Shown: positions 9,004-18,897 of the stretch, in pieces | How positions within the stretch are numbered: position 1 is the first letter of the stretch | How the letters are laid out: each line of letters starts with the position of its first letter | DNA from: Clostridia bacterium | GTDB lineage: Bacteria; Bacillota; Clostridia; Oscillospirales; RGIG577 | NCBI GenBank assembly: GCA_017419325.1 | Contig: JAFOLN010000173.1 | Location: forward strand, 1 to 24,418 | Length of the DNA stretch: 24,418 nucleotides | Direction of reading: 5' to 3' | Notes under the pieces: model-generated | What the model was told of the DNA's origin: nothing | What the model saw: only the letters and a program-made list of their open reading frames with translations | Database searches by the model: none | Position numbers and translations under genes: made by a program

Positions 9004-12000
9004 ATGCCACTTCGCAAGGAACTTAAAAAAGTACTCGTTATCGGCTCCGGACCGATAATCATAGGACAGGCGGCGGAATTCGACTACGCCGGCACGCAGG
9101 CCTGCAAGGCGCTTAAAGAGGACGGCATATGCGTTGTTCTGGTAAACTCCAATCCGGCGACCATAATGACCGACAAGCATATGGCGGACAAGATATACCT
9201 TGAGCCGCTCAACATAGACGTTTTAAAGAGGATAATAGAGATAGAAAGACCCGACGCCGTGCTCTCGAACCTGGGCGGTCAGATGGGACTTAACTTAAGC
9301 ATAGAGCTTGCCGAAAGCGGATTTTTGGACGAATACGGCGTGAAGCTCCTCGGAGCAAAGGTGGACACCATAAGAAAGGCGGAGGACCGTCAGGCGTTCA
9401 AGGACACCATGGAGGAGATAGGCGAGCCCTGCATCGCGTCTAAGGTCGTAACGACCATCGAGGACGCGGTGGACTTCGCAAAGGAAATAGACTACCCCGT
9501 TATAGTGCGCCCCGCGTATACCATGGGCGGCACCGGCGGCGGCCGCGCGAACGACGAGGCGCAGCTTCGTGAGATAGCCGAGGTGGGCATCCGCTCCAGC
9601 CGCGTGGGTCAGATACTCATAGAGAAGTGCGTGGCCGGATGGAAGGAGATAGAGTATGAGGTAATGCGCGACAGCGCGGGCAACGCCATTTCCATATGCA
9701 ACATGGAAAACGTGGACCCCGTAGGCGTCCACACGGGCGACAGCATAGTTGTGGCTCCGACTCAGACGCTCTCCGCCATGGAGTGCGCGCGCCTTCGCGC
9801 CTCGGCTCTGAAGATAGTATGCGCGCTGGGCGTTGAGGGCGGCTGCAACGTGCAGTTCGCCGTTGACCCCGACAGCTTTGACTATGCCGTAATAGAGGTA
9901 AATCCGCGAGTATCGCGCTCAAGCGCCCTTGCGTCAAAGGCTACGGGCTATCCGATAGCAAGAGTTGCGTCGAAGATCGCCATAGGCTACAATCTTGACG
10001 AGATAAAGAACTCCGTAACGGGCACCACCTTCGCATCGAGCGAGCCGTCCATCGACTATATCGTACTTAAATTCCCCAAGTGGCCCTTCGACAAGTTCGT
10101 ATACGGCGACAGAACGCTGGGCACGCAGATGAAGGCCACGGGCGAGGTAATGTGCATAGCCGACAGCTTCGAGGCGGCGCTCATGAAGGCCGTTCGCTGC
10201 ATAGAGCTGAAGCTTGACCGCATGTACATGCCCCACATTGAGGAGATGGAGCTTCCCGAGATAATAGAAGGCATAAAGAAGTGCAACGACGAGCGCATTT
10301 TCTACATCTGCGCGGCACTGCGGCGCGGCGTGACCATCGATGAGATATACGACCTTACGAAGATGGACAGATGGTTCGTTCATAAGCTTCAGGGCCTTAT
10401 CAACATGGAATACATGCTTGAAAACGAGCTTCTTACCCCCGGCGTTTACCGCGAGGCAAAGAAGATGGGCTTTTTGGACAGCACCATAGAAAACCTTTCG
10501 GGCGAGAAGATAAAGGCTCCCATAAAGCCCGTATACAAGATGGTCGACACCTGCGCGGGCGAGATAGAGGCGAAGACGCCGTACTACTATTCCACCTACG
10601 ACGAGGACAACGAGGCGCGCCCCTCCGACAAGAAGAAGATACTCGTTTTCGGCTCCGGCCCCATAAGAATAGGCCAGGGCATAGAGTTCGACTACTGCTC
10701 CGTACACTGCGTATGGGCTCTTAAGAACCTGGGCTACGAGACGATAATCGCAAACAACAACCCCGAGACCGTATCCACCGACTTCGACACCTCCGACAGG
10801 CTCTATTTCGAGCCTTTGACCCGCGAGGACGTGCTCTCCATACTTGAAACGGAGAAGCCCGACGGCGCGATAGTGCAGTTCGGCGGTCAGACGGCCATAA
10901 ACCTTGTACAGCATATAAAGGACTCCGGCGTAAAGATTCTCGGCACCCAGCCCGACATGATAGACGCGGCGGAGGACAGAGAGATATTCGACGGCGTGCT
11001 TGAAAGATGCGGCATACCGAGACCGAAGAGCGCAAGCGTATTCAAGCTGGACGAGGCGCTCGCGGCGGCGAACGACATAGGCTACCCCGTGCTTGTGCGC
11101 CCCTCCTATGTTCTCGGCGGCAAGGGCATGGTAATCGCGTATAACGACGACGACGTGAAGGAATTCATGGGCATCATAAACCGCGAGGTTCAGGAGCACC
11201 CCATACTCATCGACAAGTACATGATGGGCAAGGAGGTAGAGGTAGACGCCATAAGCGACGGCAAGGACATCCTCATCCCCGGCATAATGGAGCATCTTGA
11301 GCGCGCGGGCGTTCACTCCGGCGACTCCATCTCCGTATATCCGGCGTACAGCCTGTCGGACGAGACGAAGAAGACCATAGTTGAATATACGGCCCGCCTC
11401 GCAAAGGAGCTTAAGGTGCTCGGCCTTCTTAACATCCAGTACGTCGTATATGACGGCAAGGTATACGTTATAGAAGTAAACCCGCGTTCGTCGCGCACGG
11501 TGCCTTACATCTCGAAGGTAACGAACATCCCGATGATAGAGCTTGCGACGCGCTGCATCTTAGGCGAGCCGTTAAAGAGCCTCGGATTCGGCACGGGCAT
11601 ATATAAGGAGAGCGACTATGTTGCCGTAAAGGTTCCCGTATTCTCCTTTGAGAAGCTCCACGACGTTGACACCCAGCTCGGCCCCGAGATGAAGTCCACG
11701 GGCGAGGTTTTAGGCCTTGCGCGCACCTTTGACGAGGCGCTCCTTAAGGGCCTTACCGCCAGCGGATATAAGCTCAACAGAACGGGCGGCGTGCTCTTCT
11801 CCATAAGGGATCAGGATAAGCCGGAGCTTTCCGCGCTGGCGCGCAAGTTCGTCGATATGGGCTTCTCCATATACGGCACGGGCGGCACCGCAAGGTTCCT
11901 CCGTCAGAACGGCATAGACGCCACCAGCGTAAAGAAGATAAGCGAGGACAAGGACGATAACGTTTTGAACTTCATTGAAAGCGGCAAGGTAAACTACGTT

Positions 12001-12180
12001 ATAAGCACCTCTACCCACGGCAGACAGCCCCAGAGAGAGGGCGTTCGCATCCGCCGCAAGTCGGTAGAGCGCGGCGTCGTATGCCTCACCTCCTTCGATA
12101 CGGCCAACGCCGTTGTGGAGTGCCTGCACCTTGACAAGAAGGCGCATGAGCTTGAAATGGTGAATATAGCTGATATATAA
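9004..12180 (+). CDS. carB: Carbamoyl-phosphate synthetase large subunit
   Basis: 1058 aa with duplicated ATP-grasp halves (GSGPIIIGQAAEFDY and GSGPIRIGQGIEFDY), GVHTGDS/GVHSGDS, EVNPR twice, and a C-terminal MGS-like domain. Confidence 0.98.
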   Translation: MPLRKELKKVLVIGSGPIIIGQAAEFDYAGTQACKALKEDGICVVLVNSNPATIMTDKHMADKIYLEPLNIDVLKRIIEIERPDAVLSNLGGQMGLNLSIELAESGFLDEYGVKLLGAKVDTIRKAEDRQAFKDTMEEIGEPCIASKVVTTIEDAVDFAKEIDYPVIVRPAYTMGGTGGGRANDEAQLREIAEVGIRSSRVGQILIEKCVAGWKEIEYEVMRDSAGNAISICNMENVDPVGVHTGDSIVVAPTQTLSAMECARLRASALKIVCALGVEGGCNVQFAVDPDSFDYAVIEVNPRVSRSSALASKATGYPIARVASKIAIGYNLDEIKNSVTGTTFASSEPSIDYIVLKFPKWPFDKFVYGDRTLGTQMKATGEVMCIADSFEAALMKAVRCIELKLDRMYMPHIEEMELPEIIEGIKKCNDERIFYICAALRRGVTIDEIYDLTKMDRWFVHKLQGLINMEYMLENELLTPGVYREAKKMGFLDSTIENLSGEKIKAPIKPVYKMVDTCAGEIEAKTPYYYSTYDEDNEARPSDKKKILVFGSGPIRIGQGIEFDYCSVHCVWALKNLGYETIIANNNPETVSTDFDTSDRLYFEPLTREDVLSILETEKPDGAIVQFGGQTAINLVQHIKDSGVKILGTQPDMIDAAEDREIFDGVLERCGIPRPKSASVFKLDEALAAANDIGYPVLVRPSYVLGGKGMVIAYNDDDVKEFMGIINREVQEHPILIDKYMMGKEVEVDAISDGKDILIPGIMEHLERAGVHSGDSISVYPAYSLSDETKKTIVEYTARLAKELKVLGLLNIQYVVYDGKVYVIEVNPRSSRTVPYISKVTNIPMIELATRCILGEPLKSLGFGTGIYKESDYVAVKVPVFSFEKLHDVDTQLGPEMKSTGEVLGLARTFDEALLKGLTASGYKLNRTGGVLFSIRDQDKPELSALARKFVDMGFSIYGTGGTARFLRQNGIDATSVKKISEDKDDNVLNFIESGKVNYVISTSTHGRQPQREGVRIRRKSVERGVVCLTSFDTANAVVECLHLDKKAHELEMVNIADI

Positions 12181-12183
12181 GAT

Positions 12184-12211
12184 AAAAAATGCGGGCCGTG
12201 AAAAGCCCGCA
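12184..12211. terminator. Hairpin 1 of carB/rnfB convergent gap
   Basis: AAAAAA-TGCGGGC-CGTGAAAA-GCCCGCA; the A-tract gives a U-tract on the minus strand only. Confidence 0.55.
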
Positions 12212-12237
12212 CGCCTCCCTTAAAGGGATTATTTAAG

Positions 12238-12276
12238 AAAAAAGACAGCGCGGCAAATCCGTTGCTGTCTTTTTTC
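12238..12276. terminator. Bidirectional terminator 2 of carB/rnfB gap
   Basis: A-tract-GACAGC..CGG-CAAAT-CCG..GCTGTC-T-tract. Confidence 0.8.
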
Positions 12277-12285
12277 TATAGGGAC

Positions 12286-12319
12286 AAAAAAGGCGTGACC
12301 CACGGGGTCACGCCTTTTT
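12286..12319. terminator. Bidirectional terminator 3 of carB/rnfB gap
   Basis: AAAAAAGGCGTGACCC-ACG-GGGTCACGCCTTTTT perfect stem with flanking tracts. Confidence 0.88.
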
Positions 12320-12329
12320 ATTTCAGCCG

Positions 12330-13196
12330 TTAATTTTTCGGCGTCACCGATACTGGCTCGTTTTCCTTATTGAAGAAAACTGCCTTATCGGTGTCGATCT
12401 TTATTATCTTCTTCGGGCACTTCTCAACGCACTTGCCGCACTCGATGCACTTTTCGTAATCGATCTTTGCAAGGTTGTCGGTGACGGTTATCGCGCCTGT
12501 GGGGCATACCTTCGTGCACATGCGGCAGCCGATGCAGCCGGCAGTGCACTTTTCCTTCATGGCCGCGCCCTTGTCGTGGGAGTGGCACATTACGAAGATG
12601 CTGCTGTCGTAGGGCACCATCTCGATTATCTTCTTGGGGCACGCGTCGCGGCACATACCGCAGGCCACGCACTTTTCCTTGTCAACGACAGCCACGCCGT
12701 CCTGAATGCTTATCGCGCCGAACTTGCACACCTTTGCGCAGGTGCCGAGTCCTATGCAGCCGAATTCGCAGTACTTCGTGCCGTTGCCGAATCTCATTGC
12801 CGATACGCAGTCGGTAACGCCGTCGTACTCATACTTAAGACGGGCCGCTATGTTGTTCTTGCCGGAGCAGACTACGCGCGCGCCGTAGCGAACGGCGTTC
12901 TCCGCGGGAGCCATGCCCATTATTTCCGCTATGCGGTCATACGTCTCGTTCGACGAAACGGGGCAGGCGTTGGGCTTCGCCTTGCCTTCAACGATAGCCG
13001 AAGCCAGCGCGTTGCAGCCTGCAAAGCCGCAGCCGCCGCAGTTCGCGCCGGGGAGCGTATCTGCTATCTCGCCTATACGCTCGTCGGTATCAACGGCGAA
13101 CGCCTTCGACGCTATGCCAAGGATTATACCGAAGATAAGTCCGAGTATTGCAAGCGTTCCTACGGCGTATACGATACTCATAACATCAATATTCAT
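12330..13196 (-). CDS. rnfB: Rnf complex subunit B (polyferredoxin)
   Basis: N-terminal TM helix, LPGANCGGCGFAGC, and multiple CxxCxxCxxxCP clusters. Confidence 0.95.
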   Translation of the reverse strand: MNIDVMSIVYAVGTLAILGLIFGIILGIASKAFAVDTDERIGEIADTLPGANCGGCGFAGCNALASAIVEGKAKPNACPVSSNETYDRIAEIMGMAPAENAVRYGARVVCSGKNNIAARLKYEYDGVTDCVSAMRFGNGTKYCEFGCIGLGTCAKVCKFGAISIQDGVAVVDKEKCVACGMCRDACPKKIIEMVPYDSSIFVMCHSHDKGAAMKEKCTAGCIGCRMCTKVCPTGAITVTDNLAKIDYEKCIECGKCVEKCPKKIIKIDTDKAVFFNKENEPVSVTPKN

Positions 13197-13208
13197 TATA
13201 CACGCCTC

Positions 13209-13793
13209 CTATACGACCTTGAGACCCGAGAATCCCATGAAAGCGATGGCCATAAGCGACGCGCTTACGAGCGCGATGGGCAGACCCTCGAAGCTCTTCG
13301 GGATATCGGAGTATTCAAGTCTTTCACGCACGGATGCAAACAGCACGATGGCCAGCGTAAAGCCTACCGCAGCCGTGAATCCGTATACGATGGATTCGAT
13401 AAAGTTGTAGTCGTTCTGTATGTTCAGAAGCGCAACGCCCAGTACGGCGCAGTTCGTCGTTACGAGCGGCAGGTAAATACCGAGCGACGAGTAGAGCGCG
13501 GGCATCATCTTCTGGAGCGCCATCTCTATGAACTGAACGAGGGACGCGATTACAAGGATGAACACGACGGTCTGCATAAATCCAAGCCCGAAAACGTCAA
13601 GGATAAAATGCTGTATGAGCCACGTTATCGCGGAGGCGATAGTCATGGTGAAGGTTACCGCCATGCCCATGCCGGAGGCCGTCTCGACCTTTTTGGAAAC
13701 GCCTAAGAACGGGCAGCAGCCGAGGAACTTATTGAATATAAAGTTCTCGACGAGAACCGCGCCGAGGGCAATCTGGAATAATGAAGTCAGCAT
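13209..13793 (-). CDS. rnfA: Rnf complex subunit A
   Basis: [16 protein letters not shown] and [12 protein letters not shown]; TAATG overlap with rnfE. Confidence 0.95.
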   Translation of the reverse strand: MLTSLFQIALGAVLVENFIFNKFLGCCPFLGVSKKVETASGMGMAVTFTMTIASAITWLIQHFILDVFGLGFMQTVVFILVIASLVQFIEMALQKMMPALYSSLGIYLPLVTTNCAVLGVALLNIQNDYNFIESIVYGFTAAVGFTLAIVLFASVRERLEYSDIPKSFEGLPIALVSASLMAIAFMGFSGLKVV

Positions 13794-14419
13794 TATGCGT
13801 TACCCTCCTTCTTTTCCTTCTTTTTTCTCTGTATAAGCTGTATTACGGCAACGATTATACCCAGCACCAAGAATCCGCCGGGAGCCATGCCGATTATCGA
13901 CGCCGGCTGGAACGCGGAGCCGAATACCTCGTGACCTAAGAACGTGCCTGCGCCGAATATCTCACGCACCGTTGCTATGATGAACAGCGCGAAGGTAAAT
14001 CCGAGGCCCATGGTGAGTCCGTCGAAGAAGGACGCGCCCACCGTTCTCTTGGAAGCGAACGCCTCCGCACGGCCGAGTATGATACAGTTTACAACGATAA
14101 GCGGTATGAAAAGACCCAGCGACTTTGAAAGCGAGGGACCGTACGCCTTTAAAATCAGGTCTATCATCGTAACGAATCCCGCGATTATTACGATATAAGC
14201 CGCTATTCTTATCTTTTTCGGGATCACCTTTCTCAAAAGAGAGATGACCACGTTCGAGGCAATGAGTACGACCATTGCCGAAACGCCCATACCGAGTCCG
14301 TTTTCAACGCTGGAGGTTGTTGCCAGCGTGGGACATATGCCGAGCGTCTGCATGAGCACCGGGTTGTTTGTGATTATGCCCGATTTGAACATTTCGCCTA
14401 TTTTAAAATTTTTAGCCAT
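13793..14419 (-). CDS. rnfE: Rnf complex subunit E
   Basis: [16 protein letters not shown] and [19 protein letters not shown]. Confidence 0.95.
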   Translation of the reverse strand: MAKNFKIGEMFKSGIITNNPVLMQTLGICPTLATTSSVENGLGMGVSAMVVLIASNVVISLLRKVIPKKIRIAAYIVIIAGFVTMIDLILKAYGPSLSKSLGLFIPLIVVNCIILGRAEAFASKRTVGASFFDGLTMGLGFTFALFIIATVREIFGAGTFLGHEVFGSAFQPASIIGMAPGGFLVLGIIVAVIQLIQRKKKEKKEGNA

Positions 14420-14435
14420 ATCCTGCGCCTCCTCC

Positions 14436-15038
14436 CTAATTTACTTGCGCCGCAACCTGTGCGGCAACCTCAACTGCCAGGTTTACACCGGTGGTCACAG
14501 CCGTTGACGATATCGTAGCGCCGGAGATCGCGCGTATCTCGGACGGGCCGGGCTGCGCGTTCTTTATAACGGCGATGGGCGCTTTGTTTCCGTCAAACTG
14601 CGTTATGAAGTCCTCTTCGGTAACGCGGGTGCCCAGTCCGGGGGTCTCCGAATTGGTGGAGAGCACGCGCACGCTCTTTACGGTGCCGTCGGGGAGCACG
14701 CCGACCATAAGATCGATGGCGCCGCCGAAGCCGTTGGGCGAGGAAGCCACGGCAAAGCCCATAAGCTCGCCGTCCGCGCCGTATGCGGCGTAAACGGAGG
14801 AGATGCGCTTTTTGTCAACGTCTGCGGGGACCGCAAGCTCGGTAGTTTCGGTGGAGTCGGGATAAATGCTTGCGATAGCGTTGTCTATCTCAAGCTGTGC
14901 CTGATATGCTATCTGATCCTTCGTGATGGAGTTTACAAAGCCGAGCACAAGCGCAACGCAGAAGGTTATAATGAAAAGGATTATGCCCAGTTTTGCGATG
15001 CTGTCGTTTTTCTTTTTCGTTTTAACGGCCTGGCTCAT
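14436..15038 (-). CDS. rnfG: Rnf complex subunit G
   Basis: N-terminal anchor, GFGGAI, ETPGLG, and ISGATISS covalent-FMN motif. Confidence 0.94.
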   Translation of the reverse strand: MSQAVKTKKKNDSIAKLGIILFIITFCVALVLGFVNSITKDQIAYQAQLEIDNAIASIYPDSTETTELAVPADVDKKRISSVYAAYGADGELMGFAVASSPNGFGGAIDLMVGVLPDGTVKSVRVLSTNSETPGLGTRVTEEDFITQFDGNKAPIAVIKNAQPGPSEIRAISGATISSTAVTTGVNLAVEVAAQVAAQVN

Positions 15039-16009
15039 TTTTTATCCCCCTCTCCGAACGCCTTCGGCTTCGTATGGGTGTCTATGAGCCATACGCAGGC
15101 GTTCATAAGAAGAATGGAATAAGATACGCCCTCGGGGTATGAGCCGAAATATCTTATAAATACCGTAAGCAGACCGCAGCCTACTCCGAATATTATCTGT
15201 CCTTTTTTAGTTACGGGAGAAGTTGCGTAGTCGGTCGCCATGAATATCGCGCCCAGCATAAGGCCGCCGCTTAAAACGTGAGAGAGCATGAATTCGAGAT
15301 TGTTGTTGCCCTTCGCGAATATAAACGTAAGAACTGCGACCGTCAGTATGTATGCAAGGGGTATGCGCACGGTTATTACCTTGCGGATAACGAGGTACGC
15401 GCCGCCTATAAGCAGGCACAGGGCGCTCGTCTCGCCGATGCATCCTCCCACATCGCCTATAAACAGGTTAAAGAGTCCCGCATCGGGTATATTGCCCGCC
15501 TTTAAAGCTACGAGCGGGGTAGCGGTCGCTATCGCGTCCGTTGCCGGAGTTGCGAAAAGCGGCAGCACCGTATGCGGAGCCGTCCACGTAGTCATTATGA
15601 CTGCCCATGAAAAGAGGAACGCTCTTGCAGCCAGCGCCGGGTTCATGAAGTTCTGTCCCAGACCGCCGAAGAACTGCTTTACGACGATTATCGCGAACGC
15701 ACCGCCGACTATTCCGATCCACAGCGGCGCGGCCACAGGCAGGTTGTATGCAAGGAGAATACCCGTGACTACCGCGGATAAGTCTCCTATTGTGTTGTAG
15801 CCTTTTTTCGTTATCTTGTTATATGCCCATTCCGACACAAGGCAGGAAGCCACCGTTATGATAATGTGCATAAGGGCGCGGGGGCCGAAGAAATATACTC
15901 CGACAACGCCTGCGGGCACGAGCGCGATGATAACGTCGCGCATTATCTTTGTTACGGTCTCATCCGACCTCATATGCGGCGATGATGACATGACATAGCT
16001 TGTATTCAA
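15035..16009 (-). CDS. rnfD: Rnf complex subunit D
   Basis: SSSPH, KQFFGGLGQNFMNPA, ATATPL (FMN Thr), GCIGETS and FMATDY; TTG start. Confidence 0.95.
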   Translation of the reverse strand: MNTSYVMSSSPHMRSDETVTKIMRDVIIALVPAGVVGVYFFGPRALMHIIITVASCLVSEWAYNKITKKGYNTIGDLSAVVTGILLAYNLPVAAPLWIGIVGGAFAIIVVKQFFGGLGQNFMNPALAARAFLFSWAVIMTTWTAPHTVLPLFATPATDAIATATPLVALKAGNIPDAGLFNLFIGDVGGCIGETSALCLLIGGAYLVIRKVITVRIPLAYILTVAVLTFIFAKGNNNLEFMLSHVLSGGLMLGAIFMATDYATSPVTKKGQIIFGVGCGLLTVFIRYFGSYPEGVSYSILLMNACVWLIDTHTKPKAFGEGDKK

Positions 16010-16088
16010 ATACTCACGCCTCCTACTGATTATTTATACGGGCGAAAAAGCGCTCCGTATATAACGGCAATCTGTGAAACATGAAAGA

Positions 16089-17453
16089 TCAAGACGCCTT
16101 TTTTTCCTCGGCTTCTTTTTTTGCCTTTGCCTCTTCTGCGCGGCGGCGGCGGATTTCCCCAACCTTTGCCTTCGCGTCGCGTATGTTCTGAACGAGGTAT
16201 TTCTTGCCCGGACATGTGAAGCTGCACGTTCCGCACTCTATGCACGACATAACGTCGAACTTTTCCAGCTTTTCGTAATCCTTCTTTTCGGCATACATGG
16301 AAAGCATTACGGGAAGCAGGTTCATGGGGCAGGCGTTTATGCACTTGCCGCATCTTATGCAGAAGGTGCGTTCGGGCTTCTCAACGCTCTTTTTCGTAAG
16401 GCAGAGTATGCCCGAGGTGGTCTTTACAACGGGAATGTCCGTGCGGTACTGAGCCGCGCCCATCATGGGGCCGCCCATTATGACCTTGGCGGGCTCTTCC
16501 TTGAAGCCGCCGCACTTTTCAAGCACATAATCGAAGGTGGAGCCGATGCGCACTCTTACGTTGGCCGTCGAGAACACGGCGTCGCCCGTTACCGTGACGA
16601 TACGCTCGAAAAGAGGCTTTCTTCTCTGTATCATCTCGTAGATGGCGTATACGGTGCCCGCGTTCATGATTATCGCGCCCACCTCGCTGGGAAGCTTGCC
16701 GGTAGGGATAACGCGGCCCGATACTGCGTATACGAGCTGCTTTTCGCCGCCCTGCGGGTACTTCGTTTTAAGCGGCACTATCTCGATATCGCTGCGGTTT
16801 TTCACCATTTCCTGATATCTGTCGATAACGTCCTGCTTGTTGTCCTCCACGGCGAAGTATATTTTCGAGTCGAATATCTTCGTTATGGCGGTAAGACCGT
16901 CGATTATCTCGTTGGGGTACTCCATCATAAGGCGGTAGTCGTTCGTAAGATACGGCTCGCACTCCGCCGCGTTTATGATTACGTAATCGATCTTCGTTTC
17001 CGCGCAGGAGATTATCTTCGACGACGTGGGGAAGCCCGCGCCGCCCATGCCGACAATGCCGCCCTCGCGTATGAGCGAGATGAGCGTGTCGCGGTCAAGC
17101 TCGCCCAGACGGTCGTTGAACGAAAAATCCTCAAACGGCTCGTCCTGGTGATCGTTCTCAATGATGACCGACATGACCTCAACGCCCCGCGGATTGGGAC
17201 ACGGCTTTATCTCAAGCACAGTACCCGAAACGCTTGAGTGTACCGGAGATGAAATAAACGCTTTTGAATCGCCTATTTTCTGTCCCATTTTTACATGGTC
17301 TCCCACTGCCACCAGCGGCTCGCACGGCGCACCGATGTGCTGAGACAGCGGGATGATCACCTTATCAGGCGCGTCGATAGTCACGATAGCCTTGTCCTTT
17401 GAAAGCTCTTTGAAATCGTGAGGATGTGCGCCACCTTTAAAGGTTCTTTTCAA
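16089..17453 (-). CDS. rnfC: Rnf complex subunit C
   Basis: PLSQHIGAP, GMGGAGFPT, NAAECEPYLTND, KYPQGGEKQL, and two CxxCxxCxxxCP motifs; TTG start behind GAGGTG. Confidence 0.96.
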   Translation of the reverse strand: MKRTFKGGAHPHDFKELSKDKAIVTIDAPDKVIIPLSQHIGAPCEPLVAVGDHVKMGQKIGDSKAFISSPVHSSVSGTVLEIKPCPNPRGVEVMSVIIENDHQDEPFEDFSFNDRLGELDRDTLISLIREGGIVGMGGAGFPTSSKIISCAETKIDYVIINAAECEPYLTNDYRLMMEYPNEIIDGLTAITKIFDSKIYFAVEDNKQDVIDRYQEMVKNRSDIEIVPLKTKYPQGGEKQLVYAVSGRVIPTGKLPSEVGAIIMNAGTVYAIYEMIQRRKPLFERIVTVTGDAVFSTANVRVRIGSTFDYVLEKCGGFKEEPAKVIMGGPMMGAAQYRTDIPVVKTTSGILCLTKKSVEKPERTFCIRCGKCINACPMNLLPVMLSMYAEKKDYEKLEKFDVMSCIECGTCSFTCPGKKYLVQNIRDAKAKVGEIRRRRAEEAKAKKEAEEKKAS

Positions 17454-17521
17454 TTCAAATCACCTCTCATCCTAAACTTTTACATTATGATACTGAGTAT
17501 ATCACAACTATAGCTTTTAAA

Positions 17522-17550
17522 ATTGTATCACCCTTGAGGCGTAAATTCAA
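17522..17550 (-). promoter_or_regulatory. sigmaA promoter TTGAAT-N17-TACAAT (extended -10) for rnf operon
   Basis: On the minus strand, -35 is at 17550-17545 and TGa-TACAAT has its -10 at 17527-17522, about 70 nt upstream of rnfC. Confidence 0.72.
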
Positions 17551-17634
17551 TTACTTATATATAAGTATTTTGTGACATTCTTGTGCTCAATTAGTCAATA
17601 ATCCGAAAAAAACACAGCGTATATTGTCAAAAAA

Positions 17635-17666
17635 CGCAAAAAAAGAGGGAAGTCCCTCTTTTTGCG
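17635..17666 (-). terminator. Terminator after HtrA-like gene
   Basis: AAAAAAAGAGGG-AAGT-CCCTCTTTTT, 7 nt beyond the stop codon. Confidence 0.8.
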
Positions 17667-17672
17667 CCCACG

Positions 17673-18845
17673 TTATCCGTTTTCCTCCAGCATAAGCCGT
17701 ACCCGAAGCCTTAATGACACGCCGCCGCGCCACACGTCGAGCGTTACCTCGTCTCCCGCGCGGAAGCGCTCCTTTTCGTGGTTAAGCTCGCTCATGCCGG
17801 AGACGGCCCTGCCGTTTATCCCCGTTATAACGTCGCCCTCCTTGAGCCCCGCCCCCGCCGCGTAGCCGCCGGGGCTTACGAAATCCACATACACGCCCGC
17901 GGGCACGCCGTAAAAGTCGGAGGCGCTCTTTGAGATGTCGTGACCCGATATGCCGATGACCGGGCGGCTTTTAACGTGCCCCGCTTCTATAAGGTCCTCG
18001 ATGATGGGCTTTGCCGTGTTTATCGGTATGGCGAATCCCAGCCCCTCCGCGTCGGAGGAGGCTATCTTAACCGAATTTATGCCGATGACCTTGCCGTACT
18101 GGTTTATGAGCGGCCCGCCGGAATTGCCCAGGTTTATGGACGCGTCCGTCTGTATAAGCGTCATGATGCGGTCGTTTATCGTAAGATCGCGGTTCACGGC
18201 GGAGATTATGCCCGCCGTGACGGTGCCGGAAAGCTCAAGCCCCATGGGGTTCCCTATGGCCACCGCAAGGTCGCCCTCCTCCACGGCGTCGGAGTTTCCG
18301 AACTCGGCGCAGGTGAGGCCTTTCGCCTCTATCTTAAGCACGGCGAGATCGCTTTTTCGGTCGCGCCCCACCACGCTTGCCGTAAACTCCCGCCCGTCGT
18401 AAAGCACAACGGAGGGGTCAAAGGAATCCTCCACCACGTGAGCGTTCGTTACAATGTATCCGTCGGGCGTCATTATGATGCCCGTGCCCGTGTTGCGCCC
18501 GACAAGCGTCGTGCCCCTGTAAAGGCTCGACACCACGCCGACGACGGCGGGCTTGTTCTCCTTTATTATTTCCTTTATGGAAAGCGCCGCCGCGTCCGTG
18601 TCAGAAGCCTCCGCAGTCACACCGTCGGAAGACGCGGAAGCGGCCTCCTCCTGTGCCGCCGCCGTGCCGTCATGGCGGGCGATGATGTCGGGGAGGGGGA
18701 GAAGCCCCGCGCTCCCGAAAAAGAACACCGCCGCAAGAGCCAGCGCCGCCGCGGACAAGGCCGCCGCCCGCCTGAGAATTACGCCCCGCCTGTGCTCTCT
18801 GAACACATCCCGCGCCGAAGAACCCGCATTTTTTCGCTCCGACAT
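17673..18845 (-). CDS. HtrA/DegP-family membrane-anchored serine protease (trypsin + one PDZ)
   Basis: Triad motifs TNAHVV, SDLAVLK and QTDASINLGNSGGPL, an N-terminal hydrophobic helix and a C-terminal PDZ. ATG 18845 lies behind GGAGGTG. Confidence 0.93.
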   Translation of the reverse strand: MSERKNAGSSARDVFREHRRGVILRRAAALSAAALALAAVFFFGSAGLLPLPDIIARHDGTAAAQEEAASASSDGVTAEASDTDAAALSIKEIIKENKPAVVGVVSSLYRGTTLVGRNTGTGIIMTPDGYIVTNAHVVEDSFDPSVVLYDGREFTASVVGRDRKSDLAVLKIEAKGLTCAEFGNSDAVEEGDLAVAIGNPMGLELSGTVTAGIISAVNRDLTINDRIMTLIQTDASINLGNSGGPLINQYGKVIGINSVKIASSDAEGLGFAIPINTAKPIIEDLIEAGHVKSRPVIGISGHDISKSASDFYGVPAGVYVDFVSPGGYAAGAGLKEGDVITGINGRAVSGMSELNHEKERFRAGDEVTLDVWRGGVSLRLRVRLMLEENG

Positions 18846-18867
18846 AGAAACCACCTCCGATAAGCAT

Positions 18868-18897
18868 TATTGTTCCCGCGGCCGGGCGCCGTTATGC
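18868..18897 (-). promoter_or_regulatory. sigmaF-type (forespore) promoter GCATA-N15-GGGAACAATA
   Basis: Matches the consensus GYATA-N15-GGnnAnAnT and ends ~10 nt before the RBS of the protease gene. Confidence 0.6.

Noticed and set aside
9934-11316. 460-aa antisense ORF within carB (also 8038-8796, 2017-2622, 5854-6423)
   Set aside because: These lie wholly antisense to well-conserved genes, have no recognisable motifs, and are expected shadows of GC-rich codon usage.
12576-13706. 376-aa plus-strand ORF opposite rnfA/rnfB (also 16074-17237 and 17940-18863)
   Set aside because: Antisense shadows of rnf and htrA genes with no RBS or domain signal.
15500-15545. RnfD ATATP instead of SGAT at the FMN site
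   Set aside because: RnfD homologs commonly read xxATPL; the acceptor Thr is present.
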